A stretch of DNA of 43,109 bases, from positions 21,931,465 through 21,974,573 of the forward strand of contig NC_068983.1 of assembly GCF_001194135.2 (NCBI RefSeq), given 5' to 3'. Position 1 is the first letter of the stretch, and each line of letters opens with the position of its first letter. Origin of the DNA: Octopus bimaculoides (lineage: Eukaryota). Made by a program: the position numbers and the translations under genes. A model generated the notes under the pieces. It was given only the letters and a program-made list of their open reading frames with translations. It did no database searches and had not been told where the DNA came from. Of the stretch, positions 11,775 to 23,719 are shown piece by piece.

Positions 11775-11860
11775 CGTGGTCTGATCAATAAGTATCCGGA
11801 CTGTTGCCATCGTAACAAAGCTATAAAGCATGCAGAATAAATAGCTCTGATCGACTTTTT
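11775..11860 (+). mobile_element. Isolated mariner-type terminal remnant
   Basis: TA|CGTGGTCTGATCAATAAGTATCCGGAC resembles irritans-type mariner TIRs. No partner TIR or coding remnant seen. Confidence 0.4.
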
Positions 11861-12221
11861 GGGGTTTTTATTAATTATTTCTTGGACTTTTTGTTCAAAG
11901 TTGCATTCCAATGGCATTAGGACTCCGTACATCCATGTTTGCACTCAGCTGCTGAGGAGATCCAAGAGTTGATCATTCCACGATAGTGAGCTGACTGCCT
12001 CCACCTACATACACATATATAATACATGCATGCATGCATACGCATGCGCATGCACACACACACATACATATACACACTCGCATGTGCATGTGTTTACACA
12101 CAACATTAGGTGAGAGACTTGAAATGCTGCCAGCTTTAATATCGAACACCGCCTGGACACGAGGAGGTATGGACTGGCTTTATAGGAGTTCATTCTAATT
12201 ACATCTTCTCATGTGTAGTGA

Positions 12222-12306
12222 CATTAATTGCCGGTGATGATGATGAAGATGATAATAAGGAGGAGGAGGAGGAGGAGGAAGATAATGATGGTGATGATGA
12301 TGATGG

Positions 12307-12337
<31 letters not shown>

Positions 12338-12860
12338 GGTGATGGTGGTGAAGCTGATGATAATGGTGGTGGTGGTGGTGGTGATGTTCGTGCAGTTGAT
12401 GTTGTTGTTGTTGTTGNNNNNNNNNNNNNNNNNNNNNNNNNNNNNNNNNNNNNNNNNNNNNNNNNNNNNNNNNNNNNNNNNNNNNNNNNNNNNNNNNNNN
12501 NNNNNNNNNNNNNNNNNNNNNNNNNNNNNNNNNNNNNNNNNNNNNNNNNNNNNNNNNNNNNNNNNNNNNNNNNNNNNNNNNNNNNNNNNNNNNNNNNNNN
12601 NNNNNNNNNNNNNNNNNNNNNNNNNNNNNNNNNNNNNNNNNNNNNNNNNNNNNNNNNNNNNNNNNNNNNNNNNNNNNNNNNNNNNNNNNNNNNNNNNNNN
12701 NNNNNNNNNNNNNNNNNNNNNNNNNNNNNNNNNNNNNNNNNNNNGTGGTGGTGGTGGTGGTGGTGATGATGATGATGTTCGTGCGGCTGTTGTTGTTGTT
12801 GTTGTTAGTGGTGGTGGTGGTGATGGTGGTGGTGGATGTGGCGGTAGTGAGGATGATGGA
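12222..12860. repeat. Compound (GAT)/(GGT)/(GAG)/(GTT) trinucleotide repeat spanning gap 12417-12744
   Basis: Seen directly. Confidence 0.9.
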
Positions 12861-13086
12861 GTGTTTAATCTAGATGAAGCTGACTGTAAATTTCATAAAA
12901 GTACATTGTTGGAAAGACGAGTATTCTGCAAGTCAAAGTTTATTAACTATATAGATGATACCTATTAATCACACAAGCCAACAATGAAGGGTCCTCAACG
13001 AGGTTGGTAAATTTGCTAGAAATAACAACTACATCATCTTCAAATTACACCCTATCATCTTTAGAAACAAAATAACGGGAATCTTT

Positions 13087-13490
13087 GGGTAGGCTGTGTG
13101 GTAAGTAGCTTGCTTACCAACCACATGGTTCCGGGTTCAGTCCCACTGCATGGCACCTTAGGCAAATGTCTTCTATTATAGCCTCGGGCTGACCAAAGCT
13201 TTGTGAGTGGATTTGGTAGACAGAAACTGAAAGAAGCCCGTCGTATATATGTATGTATGTGTGTGTATATGTGTTTGTGTGTCTGTGTTTGTCCCCCCAC
13301 CATCGCTTGACAACCGATGCTGGTGTGTTTACGTCCCCGTAACTTAGCGGTTCGGCAAAAAGAGACCTATAGAATAAGTACTAGGCTTACAAAGAATAAG
13401 TCCTGGGGTCGATTTTCTCGACTAAAGGCGGTGCTCCAGCATGGCCGCAGTCAAATGACTGAAGCAAGTAAAAGAGTAAAAGAGAGAGTA
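13087..13490 (+). mobile_element. Near-full-length SINE family B (tRNA head, CORE-like domain)
   Basis: GGCTGTGTGGTAAG A-box-like, GGTTCAGTCCC B-box-like, CACCTTAGGCAAATG CORE-like segment, AAAGAGT tail. Flanked by family E fragments. Confidence 0.85.
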
Positions 13491-14437
13491 ATGTATTTTG
13501 GTGGGGGTATACTATGTTCCGAAAGGAAAAGATGGAAGGCCACGAGAGGAATACTCTTGATCATTACTCTGCTGACCAAAGCTCTCATGTGGTTAAAGAA
13601 TCTTTCATCCACTTCTGTTTCCATGTATAGAGTCTGCCAAAAAATGTATACACACTTCAAGAAAAGAAAAAAAAAACGAATAGAAATATTTTAATACTAA
13701 GTTTATTCAGTCATTATGGGATTAATATAAGTAACCTTTAACCTCTACAATTACAAGCGGTGCTCAAATTGGTGGCCATTAGCTTCCAGACACTAATTAG
13801 TATGATGACCTGTTACTTGAGTAATATTTACTAAAGTGTCCAGTGGGATTGCTACTCATGCCACTTTAATTGCTTCCTGAAGAGCCATCAATATAGCCTG
13901 TTTTCTGTGATACATGACATCCTTTAGGGATGCCCCATAAGTAAAAATCTGTAGGAGAATGTGTGGAGAACGCATCACCCTATCCAGTGTACTTGCAACT
14001 TGTCGTCCAGGTAAGTTCACACGTCCCAGCAGCAGCATGGTAGTGCAGCATCCTGTTGAAAGAAAAAAAAATAATCATTTTCATTAAGTGCATGGAAGGC
14101 AGATAAAATGGACATTCATAGCATGTCTAGGTACGCTTGACCAGTAACAGTACCTTCAAAGAAAAATGGCTTCATTAAACCTCTTGATGACACTCCATAC
14201 CTGACATTGGACCCCAGTAAATTAACTGCTTTGTCCACATGGTGCCCAGTAAACACAAATATGTTGGTTCACGGTTCCACTTAACTTAAATTATACTTCA
14301 TCAGACCATCATCCTCACAAACTCTTCATCCTCGCCTTTCATGTGCTGAAACCACGCACAAAACCCAATTCTTCCATCAGAATCGTCATCGTTAATTGCA
14401 TGCAATAATCTTGAGATTTTCCACTGAGCTCTCTTAA

Positions 14438-15046
14438 CCCATTACCTACCAGTGATCTCATATGAGATCACTTAAAAATTACAAATTTCTTAATTATCTG
14501 TCAATATTTACACATATCTAACCTTTTTGCTATATCTACTAGGTATATTTCTCTGATAGTGGATGCGCAATGGCCCAGTGGTTAGGGCAGCGGACTCACG
14601 GTCATAGGATCGCGGTTTCGATTCCCAGACCGGGCGTTGTGAGTGTTTATTGAGCGAAAACACCTAAACCTCCACGAGGCTCCGGCNNNNNNNNNNTTAC
14701 TTCCTGTTTCTGTTGTGCCTGTAATTCAAAGGGTCAGCCTTGTCACACTGTGTCATGCTGAATATCCCCGAGAACTACGTTAAGGGTACACGTGTCTGTG
14801 GAGTGCTCAGTCACTTGCACGTTAATTTCACGAGCAGGCTGTTCCGTTGATCGGATCAACTGGAACCCTCGACGTCGTAAGCGACGGAGTGCCAACAACA
14901 AATTTCTCTGATATTCAAATGAGGTTCGCTAATTTTTCACCCAATATCTCGCTTATTTCTATTTGAAATGTTATTTTGATCATTCCAACGTGTTTCTAAG
15001 GCTGTTTTATGCTAGAAATCAAAGTTTCATAAGAGGAGGTAATGGG
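14438..15046. mobile_element. piggyBac-type MITE with perfect TTAA TSD
   Basis: TTAA (14434-37)|CCCATTACCT ... AGGTAATGGG|TTAA (15047-50). Internal perfect 22-bp palindrome AGTGATCTCATATGAGATCACT at 14451-14472. Confidence 0.85.
14559..14901 (+). mobile_element. SINE family C (tRNA-derived) with 12-bp TSD
   Basis: A box TGGCCCAGTGG, B box GTTTCGATTCC, CAA tail. TSD ATTTCTCTGATA at 14547-14558 and 14902-14913. Confidence 0.9.
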
Positions 15047-15442
15047 TTAAGAACGCACCTTATGCTTGTACTGTTTATTCCTATTGTGCACTCATATTGT
15101 CTTGTACACTTCTGTGGCGAGCGTGTAAAATGTTCCAACACCATAACCGAGGAAACAGCACTTGTTACTCACTGTACGAGGTCTGACGGATTTTCCTTCC
15201 TGCACATGACACATGGCACCATGTGTTTCGAACTTATCCCGAATCCATGAAATTATCAGACGTATTGAAGGCTTTGTTGCAAACTCACGCCTCTATTGTC
15301 GTTGAACTTCAACAACAATCTCAAATTTGAAATACCACTTTAAAATGGTCTTACATTTCTTTAACGACAACTGTACCTTTGCTATTTTGTCACATATGAA
15401 ATATTCAAGTATTTTTAATCTCAAAATAATGCCCACTGACTA

Positions 15443-15640
15443 TTTCATACGTCAATAATTTATCAAGTGCAACTTAACTTTTTCAATATCACATCTTACT
15501 ATCAGTAAAAATTAAAGTACTTTTAAAATTAATAATTTTTGTTCATGTCAACAATCGATCAAATGCAACTTAACTTTTTCAGTATCACACATTACCAAAA
15601 GTAAAAATTACGGTTTTTTTTTTTAAATGAAAATTGTTTT
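15443..15640. repeat. Imperfect ~97-bp tandem duplication in the 5' non-coding part of the DD41D-like element
   Basis: TCAA(G/A)TGCAACTTAACTTTTTCA(A/G)TATCAC...GTAAAAATTA occurs twice. Confidence 0.7.
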
Positions 15641-16774
15641 GAAAATTTTACATTAAATTTTTTTTTTTTAATTGTTTTAAAAAGCCAACCACGTTCAAAA
15701 AAGACCAAAAGAAGAAAAAGGCAGAAAAAATTTTTTAATAAAAAAAGATTAAAAGGCAACTTACATTAATCTCAAGATGTCTGAATAAATTTAGTATCAA
15801 AATATTTTCTACACGTTTTTCTTTCCCAGAAGTGTCTGTACAATTCTTTGACGGAATCTGCACATGTGTGTNNNNNNNNNNNNNNNNNNNNNNNNNNNNN
15901 NNNNNNNNNNNNNNNNNNNNNNNNNNNNNNNNNNNNNNNNNNNNNNNNNNNNNNNNNNNNNNNNNNNNNNNNNNNNNNNNNNNNNNNNNNNNNNNNNNNN
16001 NNNNNNNNNNNNNNNNNNNNNNNNNNNNNNNNNNNNNNNNNNNNNNNNNNNNNNNNNNNNNNNNNNNNNNNNNNNNNNNNNNNNNNNNNNNNNNNNNNNN
16101 NNNNNNNNNNNNNNNNNNNNNNNNNNNNNNNNNNNNNNNNNNNNNNNNNNNNNNNNNNNNNNNNNNNNNNNNNNNNNNNNNNNNNNNNNNNNNNNNNNNN
16201 NNNNNNNNNNNNNNNNNNNNNNNNNNNNNNNNNNNNNNNNNNNNNNNNNNNNNNNNNNNNNNNNNNNNNNNNNNNNNNNNNNNNNNNNNNNNNNNNNNNN
16301 NNNNNNNNNNNNNNNNNNNNNNNNNNNNNNNNNNNNNNNNNNNNNNNNNNNNNNNNNNNNNNNNNNNNNNNNNNNNNNNNNNNNNNNNNNNNNNNNNNNN
16401 NNNNNNNNNNNNNNNNNNNNNNNNNNNNNNNNNNNNNNNNNNNNNNNNNNNNNNNNNNNNNNNNNNNNNNNNNNNNNNNNNNNNNNNNNNNNNNNNNNNN
16501 NNNNNNNNNNNNNNNNNNNNNNTATATATATATATATATATATATATTGTATATAATATAATATAATATATAATTATGCATGTATGTATGTATGTATGTA
16601 TGTACTCTGGCTCTCACCGTAAATCTACTCTTTTAGAGAACCTACGTATCTGGTTTTTTATCTTGTAACTCGAGTTTCACACCAATGCGATTTTCAGGCG
16701 AGTTTTCAAAATATATTGAGCACTCGCTTCTCATACTTTCGATTAACCATTCATGTATGTATGCAAATTGACAG

Positions 16775-17519
16775 CATGACCCTTTTTTGATGCAATTCAG
16801 CTTTCGGCGTGGTTTGTGCTGGTTCATTATGCTTGGACCATGATCGTCTTCGATTGATGTTATTGTAGGCAATCCATTTTTCATCACTAGTGATGATTCG
16901 TTTTAAAAAAAAAGGGTCGATTTCATTGCGTTTGAGATGCATGTCGCAAATATTGGTTCGTTGTGTTAAGTTAAACTCTTTCAATTTATGTGGAACCCAA
17001 ATATCGAGCTTCTTAACGAGTCTAAAACGTTTAAAATGATATACAATTGTTGTGTGTGATACATTTAACCTCTCTGCAATCTTTCGCACAGTTAATATGA
17101 CAATCAGATTCAATCATGGCTTTGATCTGGTCATCATCAACTTCAGTAGGTTGACCAGAACGTTGGTCATCTTTGAAAGAAAAATCTGCAGAACGGAATT
17201 TTTTAAACAATTTCTGACATGTGCGTTCTGTTAAGCAATCAATAAATTTTACATATCTCTTTGTGAGTCTCAGCAATTTTCTTGTCTTTACGGAAATAAA
17301 AAAGCAAAATATGGAGAAAATGTTCGTTTTTGCATTCCATATTAAAATTGACACTGAACTAACAGTTGTAAACAAAATTACGCGCAATTTGCTTCTAAAG
17401 AAAGCTAAAAGTAACGGCTATCAAATGTTAAAAGGTAAAAATCATAACATTGACAAAAGTTATTTTTAAAAATCATAACTCTATTTGCGAAAAACGAAAT
17501 TACTTTCTTTGCAACCTAA
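16775..17519 (-). mobile_element. DD34D mariner (mellifera/Famar1-like), 5' TIR plus N-terminal part of the transposase, frameshifted
   Basis: TA|TTAGGTTGCAAAGAAAGTAATTTCG TIR. ATG at 17340 gives MECKNEHFLHILLFYFRK...FKKFRSADFSFKDDQRSG...WVPHKL...IITSDEKWIAYNN...HQKRVMLSI. Confidence 0.9.
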
Positions 17520-17529
17520 TATATATATC

Positions 17530-17651
17530 GCAGGCGTAGAAGCGCGGTTAAGAAGTTTGTTTCCCAACCACATGGTTTTGGGTTCAGTTCCACTGCGTAG
17601 CACCTTGGGCAAGTGTCTTCTACTACAGCGTTGGGGTTGATCAAAGTCTTG
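17530..17651 (+). mobile_element. SINE family B 5' part, runs into a gap
   Basis: GGTTAAGAAGTTTGTTTCCCAACCACATGG...CACCTTGGGCAAGTGTCTTC. Confidence 0.8.
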
Positions 17652-18151
17652 NNNNNNNNNNNNNNNNNNNNNNNNNNNNNNNNNNNNNNNNNNNNNNNNN
17701 NNNNNNNNNNNNNNNNNNNNNNNNNNNNNNNNNNNNNNNNNNNNNNNNNNNNNNNNNNNNNNNNNNNNNNNNNNNNNNNNNNNNNNNNNNNNNNNNNNNN
17801 NNNNNNNNNNNNNNNNNNNNNNNNNNNNNNNNNNNNNNNNNNNNNNNNNNNNNNNNNNNNNNNNNNNNNNNNNNNNNNNNNNNNNNNNNNNNNNNNNNNN
17901 NNNNNNNNNNNNNNNNNNNNNNNNNNNNNNNNNNNNNNNNNNNNNNNNNNNNNNNNNNNNNNNNNNNNNNNNNNNNNNNNNNNNNNNNNNNNNNNNNNNN
18001 NNNNNNNNNNNNNNNNNNNNNNNNNNNNNNNNNNNNNNNNNNNNNNNNNNNNNNNNAAGATAATATATGTACGTCTGCAAGTATATATATGAGTGTGTAC
18101 ACGCACGAAACCCAAATATACTTATGTGTATGTATGCATATGTGTCTATGG

Positions 18152-18201
<50 letters not shown>

Positions 18202-18521
18202 AGAATACCAGACAGTAATTTTTTTTTCCTTTTACAATTTTATATTATTGATATTCCATAATAAATTGTATACAGTTAAAACGATATTTTGGTTTGAAAA
18301 ATACTGCAATGGCTGGGAGACATATTTAGCGGCAGAATCATATTATAAGGACATCTAAAGGTTCTGTTATGATTCAATTTCGTTTGCTATTATTCTTTTA
18401 AACTTTGAAAAGGGCATTTTTTCATGCAGAAATATTGCTTTCAATGAATACGATTTATTACAGTAGATCAATAATACCAGCGCTAACACTCTATCTTAAT
18501 GGTAGTCTTTCGGCTGCTTTA

Positions 18522-18567
<46 letters not shown>

Positions 18568-19064
18568 CCTATCTATACACACGCACGCGCGCATACACAT
18601 ACACATACACATACACACAGTGAGAGACAGAGATAAAAAGATAGATATAGATAAACGTACATATATATTTATTTACTGTTGCTCTCTTTCTCTCCCGTTC
18701 TCTCTCACTCTCTTTCTTTCTCTGTATATATGTGTATGTATATATGTGTATGTATATATANNNNNNNNNNNNNNNNNNNNNNNNNNNNNNNNNNNNNNNN
18801 NNNNNNNNNNNNNNNNNNNNNNNNNNNNNNNNNNNNNNNNNNNNNNNNNNNNNNNNNNNNNNNNNNNNNNNNNNNNNNNNNNNNNNNNNNNNNNNNNNNN
18901 NNNNNNNNNNNNNNNNNNNNNNNNNNNNNNNNNNNNNNNNNNNNNNNNNNNNNNNNNNNNNNNNNNNNNNNNNNNNNNNNNNNNNNNNNNNNNNNNNNNN
19001 NNNNNNNNNNNNNNNNNNNNNNNNNNNNNNNNNNNNNNNNNNNNNNNNNNNNNNNNNNNNNNNN

Positions 19065-19095
<31 letters not shown>

Positions 19096-20520
19096 TGTAG
19101 ATATATACTTACACCACATGCACACACGCACACGCACACACATACACACACAAATGCATGTATATATGTATGTTTATATATATGCATATATACATAAAAG
19201 TGTGTGTCTATGCGTGCATACATATACATAAATACATAATGTAGATAGTGTTTATTTTATGTATCTCTGTGTGTGTATGTGTGTGTGCGCGCGTGCGTGT
19301 GTGCGTGAGTGTGCGCGTGTGCGCGTGCGCGCGTGCGTGTGTGCGTGTATGTGAGTATATATAGGTACTTACATATATATGTGTGTGTGCGCATGTATGT
19401 GTATATGTACGTACGTTGTATGTATGTATGTATGTATGTGTGTGTGTATAGACGCAGACACAGATGTTCTTTTACTGCAGATATATTCTCTTTATGATAA
19501 GACAAAGAAATATCGATCATTGTCATTATTATCATTTCCTCCTCTTCCTCCTCCTCCTCCTCCTCGTGCCTTCCTCTCCTCCTCCTCCTCGTGCCTTCCT
19601 CTCCTCCTCCTCCTTCTTCAGTGGTTTAGTGATTTCAGAAAACGCACCTCTCTCACGAAAGAAACCAACTATATTTTTAACATCTGCATCAGTATGAAAT
19701 TACATTTTCTTTGAACTTATTCCTAATACAAAAGAACATACATAAGCGAACACTTGTAGTTATCCAAGTTATTATAATTGCAGCGATTTAAAGCGCAAGT
19801 TTTGTTTTTAAAATATTAAAAGAAACTTTTTATACACTTTTTACCTATTTTCCAATGTATTGGCTGTTTTTTTTTGCAAGTGGACAGTAAGCTTTGAATG
19901 CTATAATATCAAAATAGCGCCAGAAAGTCCCATGGCTGTTGTATGACCCTGTTGGAAATGAGTAATGTTCAGTCCCATTGCGTGGTACCTTTGCTCCAAA
20001 GGACTTGTTGAAACCAAAGCAAAATCACATTTATATCATAACATATATGGTACTTCAAAATCTGGATGAAATGATCTTACAATAAAATGGATCATCATCA
20101 TAACAGCAGAGCCTTACAACGGGCGCAGCAGAAGCTTAAAAATGCAATATCATTGTATTGAATAAGAGACACGCGACCTTCTCTACAAGTTTACACAATA
20201 GAAAATTCATTCATGCATCCTTTAAACATATTCTTACGCTAGACACATTTGAACTGGTGACAGCAAATTAAAAGTTTAAATCCAGTTTTCGGAAACCAGT
20301 AGGATATCATGTACCTTACAGACAACAAAATAGATGTCCTAAGAATCATTTCGCCGGAAAATAATCAGAAATATAATGTGCGGTGATTCACCTCCTTTAG
20401 TGAGGAACTCTTCTGTTGCACATAAGCAAATTAAATGAACTGGATTAATCAATGAAATTACAATGTATTGTAGTACTAATGTCGATATTTTCACATTTTC
20501 ATTTTTTTAACAAAAACATC

Positions 20521-20564
20521 GTTACCTGACGAAATGTGTATCACGTGAAACTTTGAATATTAAC
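20521..20564 (+). ncRNA. Candidate minimal type I hammerhead ribozyme
   Basis: GUUAC-CUGACGA-A-[AUGUG UAU CACGU]-GAAA-CU UUG AA-UA-UUAAC. All core nucleotides are present and stems I, II and III fall in the correct register, with two mismatches. Confidence 0.55.
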
Positions 20565-20689
20565 TAAGACGTTACCAGCTATGTACATTACACACAAACA
20601 TACGCGCTTTCAAACGAAATCACCACGCTGGTTAGACGGGCAGACCTACAGCGTATAAGTGACCGAGATCTCAACATCCTCGCAAAACG

Positions 20690-20843
20690 GAGCGCCTGCT
20701 TGTCGCTCGTCCAATTTACTCATTGACAGCTGAGTGAATTGGAACATGTTTTGCTCAACAACACAACGCACCGCCAGGGAATCAAAACCAAGTTCTTGTG
20801 ATCGTCGGTGCAATACCCTAACCGCTAGGCCATGCGCTTTCAC
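20690..20843 (-). mobile_element. SINE family F (tRNA head)
   Basis: Minus strand GTGAAAGCGCATGGCCTAGCGGTTAGGG...GATTCCC...GTTGAGCAA, similar to 34105-34250. Confidence 0.7.
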
Positions 20844-21216
20844 ATATAGCCACTTTATATCCAGAAATAATCCGGAATCGGAAGACACTGGTGAGCGTCT
20901 ACTTCCGGATATATTTCATTTGTAACTTTCAGACTACTTTCTTTTCTTTCTCAATAAAACGCCTGAGACTTAAACACCGGACATATTTCTTTCTTCGTGC
21001 TAACTAAATTTATTTTAGCAACCACGCTGCCTCTAGAATTAATCATCTTGCGGTGTAGATTTGGCAAGAACAAGTAGCGTGTAAGAAAAATTACGTTCCA
21101 TGTTATAGATCGTTTAGATTTCTAAATTTTTGTGTGTTCTCTTGCTGTTGCATAATCTTCAACATTATGTGTGCGTGTATAGATGTATATGAGTGAATGC
21201 ACACACACACACACAC

Positions 21217-21271
<55 letters not shown>

Positions 21272-22099
21272 NNNNNNNNNNNNNNNNNNNNNNNNNNNNN
21301 NNNNNNNNNNNNNNNNNNNNNNNNNNNNNNNNNNNNNNNNNNNNNNNNNNNNNNNNNNNNNNNNNNNNNNNNNNNNNNNNNNNNNNNNNNNNNNNNNNNN
21401 NNNNNNNNNNNNNNNNNNNNNNNNNNNNNNNNNNNNNNNNNNNNNNNNNNNNNNNNNNNNNNNNNNNNNNNNNNNNNNNNNNNNNNNNNNNNNNNNNNNN
21501 NNNNNNNNNNNNNNNNNNNNNNNNNNNNNNNNNNNNNNNNNNNNNNNNNNNNNNNNNNNNNNNNNNNNNNNNNNNNNNNNNNNNNNNNNNNNNNNNNNNN
21601 NNNNNNNNNNNNNNNNNNNNNNNNNNNNNNNNNNNNNNNNNNNNNNNNNNNNNNNNNNNNNNNNNNNNNNNNNNNNNNNNNNNNNNNNNNNNNNNNNNNN
21701 NNNNNNNNNNNNNNNNNNNNNNNNNNNNNNNNNNNNNNNNNNNNNNNNNNNNNNNNNNNNNNTATATATATATATATATATATATATGCATGTATGTATA
21801 TGTATACATATATATATCCACTTCAAGTCCACTAATTACATTGGTGCTCACACAAATTTTATTTATCAACTGGAGAAATAATATCTAACCACGAATATTT
21901 CCCAATTTCTTGGAAAGCTGACATAATCTAAAACTGCCGAAAGCTTGTGCAAGCAAGCATTAAGTACGAAAACTGATGAACACAACCTTAATTATTTGGA
22001 GTTCTTATTTCGATGTGTTCAGCCAATCGATGTAGGCTTCGGATCGAAACTAGCCTCGTAGTTATCACAGGATTTACTAAAGATCAGACTCAGGCCCAT

Positions 22100-22705
22100 T
22101 TTTACTGCGTGTTCCTAGAATTCCCACTTCTGTCTGTCTAGGGGAGGTAACATTGCTGAGAAAGGGCCCAAACAAAGCGGACGTTATAGAGAATTTCAGG
22201 CCCATCACTCTGTTCAATGGAGAGTTGAAGGTTTTGTCCAAGGTGTTAGCCAAGAGGTTGGCGCTTGTCGTGGACAAGCTGATTGGCGATGTACAAACAT
22301 GCGCCATCCCAACCAGGATGGGTGGGGCTCTGATCAATTTAAATCAGTCTAAAGCCTTCGAGAGGGTCAACTATCAATACTTGGCAGTTGTTCTCACGGC
22401 AGCCTATTTCGATCCGGTTTTCCGCGGTTGGATCGCTGCTTTGTACGGCGGCATCTGCTCGATTGTTCGGGTGAATGGTTACCTGTCAGAACCATTCAGC
22501 ATACTGCGCTCCTCCCTTCTGTATGTACTGACTCTTGAGCCACTGCTGCGGAAGCTGAAGGCATTGAGGGGTGTTCTGCGTGATCTAGGATGTGGGAGAA
22601 GCGTGTCTGCTTATGCCAACGATGTCACCGTCATACTATCGAGCCACAGGCATATAAACCCGATTGGCAACACACTTAAAGAATATGAAGCAATAACAGA
22701 AGCAA
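22100..22705 (+). pseudogene. L1/Tx1-like LINE reverse transcriptase fragment
   Basis: FRPITLFN, LAKRL, NQSKAFERV (DxxKAFDRV), SLLYVL, YANDV (YADD). Catalytic Asp residues are mutated to Asn and there are internal deletions. Confidence 0.9.
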
Positions 22706-23620
22706 GGTTAGCATGGTATTTCGTCTGCCGTTACGTTCTGAGTTCAAATTCCGCCGAGGTCGACTTTGCCTTTCATCCTTTCGGGGTCGATAAATTAAGT
22801 ACCAGTTACGCACTGGGATCGAAGTAATCGACTTAATCCCTTTGTCTGTCCTTGTTTGTCCCTTCTATGTTTAGCCCCTTGTGGGCAATAAAGAAATAAG
22901 AAGCTTGCTTCCCAACCACATGGTTTCGGGTTCAGTCCCACTGCGTGGCACTTTGANNNNNNNNNNNNNNNNNNNNNNNNNNNNNNNNNNNNNNNNNNNN
23001 NNNNNNNNNNNNNNNNNNNNNNNNNNNNNNNNNNNNNNNNNNNNNNNNNNNNNNNNCATGGTATTTCGTCTGCCGTTACGTTCTGAGTTCAAATTCCGCC
23101 GAGGTCGACTTTGCCTTTCATCCTTTCGGGGTCGATAAATTAAGTACCAGTTACGCACTGGGATCGAAGTAATCGACTTAATCCCTTTGTCTGTCCTTGT
23201 TTGTCCCTTCTATGTTTAGCCCCTTGTGGGCAATAAAGAAATAAGAAGCTTGCTTCCCAACCACATGGTTTCGGGTTCAGTCCCACTGCGTGGCACTTTG
23301 AGCAAGTGCCTTCTACTAGCCTCGGGCCGACCAAAGCCTTGAGAGCTGATTCGGTAGACGGAAACTGAAAGAAGCCTGTCGTATATATATATGCATATAT
23401 CTATGTGCGTGTTTCCTGTGTCTGTCCTTGTCCTCCCACCACCGCTTGACAACCTGTGTTGGTGTGTTTACATCCTCGTAAATTAGCGGTTCGGCAAAAG
23501 AAAGCGATAGAATAAGTACTAAACTTTAAAAAATAATTCTGGGGTCTATTTGTTTGTCAAAAACCCTTCAAGGCGGTGCCCCAGCATGGTCACAGTCAAA
23601 TGACTGAAACAGGTAAAGAT
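22706..23620 (+). mobile_element. SINE A followed by SINE B, with a 245-bp block duplicated across a 100-N gap
   Basis: 22712-22956 is identical to 23057-23301, with the gap at 22957-23056 between them. Confidence 0.85.
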
Positions 23621-23719
23621 CATATTGAGAAAGAATTTGGCCATGTTTTAGCAGTTCGAAATTATTTCACTTTCCTTGAAATATTCGGCTTGCTGAAACA
23701 TGCCTATTATTTCTCAATA

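Larger units (their letters stand above)
13751..15385 (-). pseudogene. DD41D-like transposase pseudogene
   Basis: Reads (M>I)[109 protein letters not shown] deletion before the third Asp prevents counting the DD spacing, so the family is assigned from motifs. Confidence 0.85.
13628..15860 (-). mobile_element. Near-complete DD41D (Visitor/rosa)-like Tc1/mariner element with both TIRs, interrupted by a nested piggyBac MITE
   Basis: Imperfect ~45-bp TIRs: TA|TAGAGTCTGCCAAAAAATGTATACACACTT at 13628 and AAGTGTCTGTACAATTCTTTGACGGAATCTG|CA ending at 15860. Confidence 0.85.

Noticed and set aside
12218-12968. Long acidic/Gly-rich ORFs and all ORFs with X runs (15772-16617, 17481-18115, 37279-38519 and others)
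   Set aside because: Their length comes from trinucleotide repeats and N gaps that contain no stop codons.
14559-14632. tRNA-like sequences with A and B boxes (also 23720, 34105, 11182)
   Set aside because: There is no complete acceptor stem, and each continues into a repeat body with tail or TSD, so they are SINE heads.
19620-19695. Possible exon WFSDFRKR... after a pyrimidine tract, loosely like homeodomain helix 3
   Set aside because: It lacks the invariant Asn, the pyrimidine tract is a CCT microsatellite, and no partner exons are visible.
22712-23301. Perfect 245-bp direct repeat around a spacer
   Set aside because: The copies are identical and separated by exactly 100 N, typical of an unmerged contig overlap.
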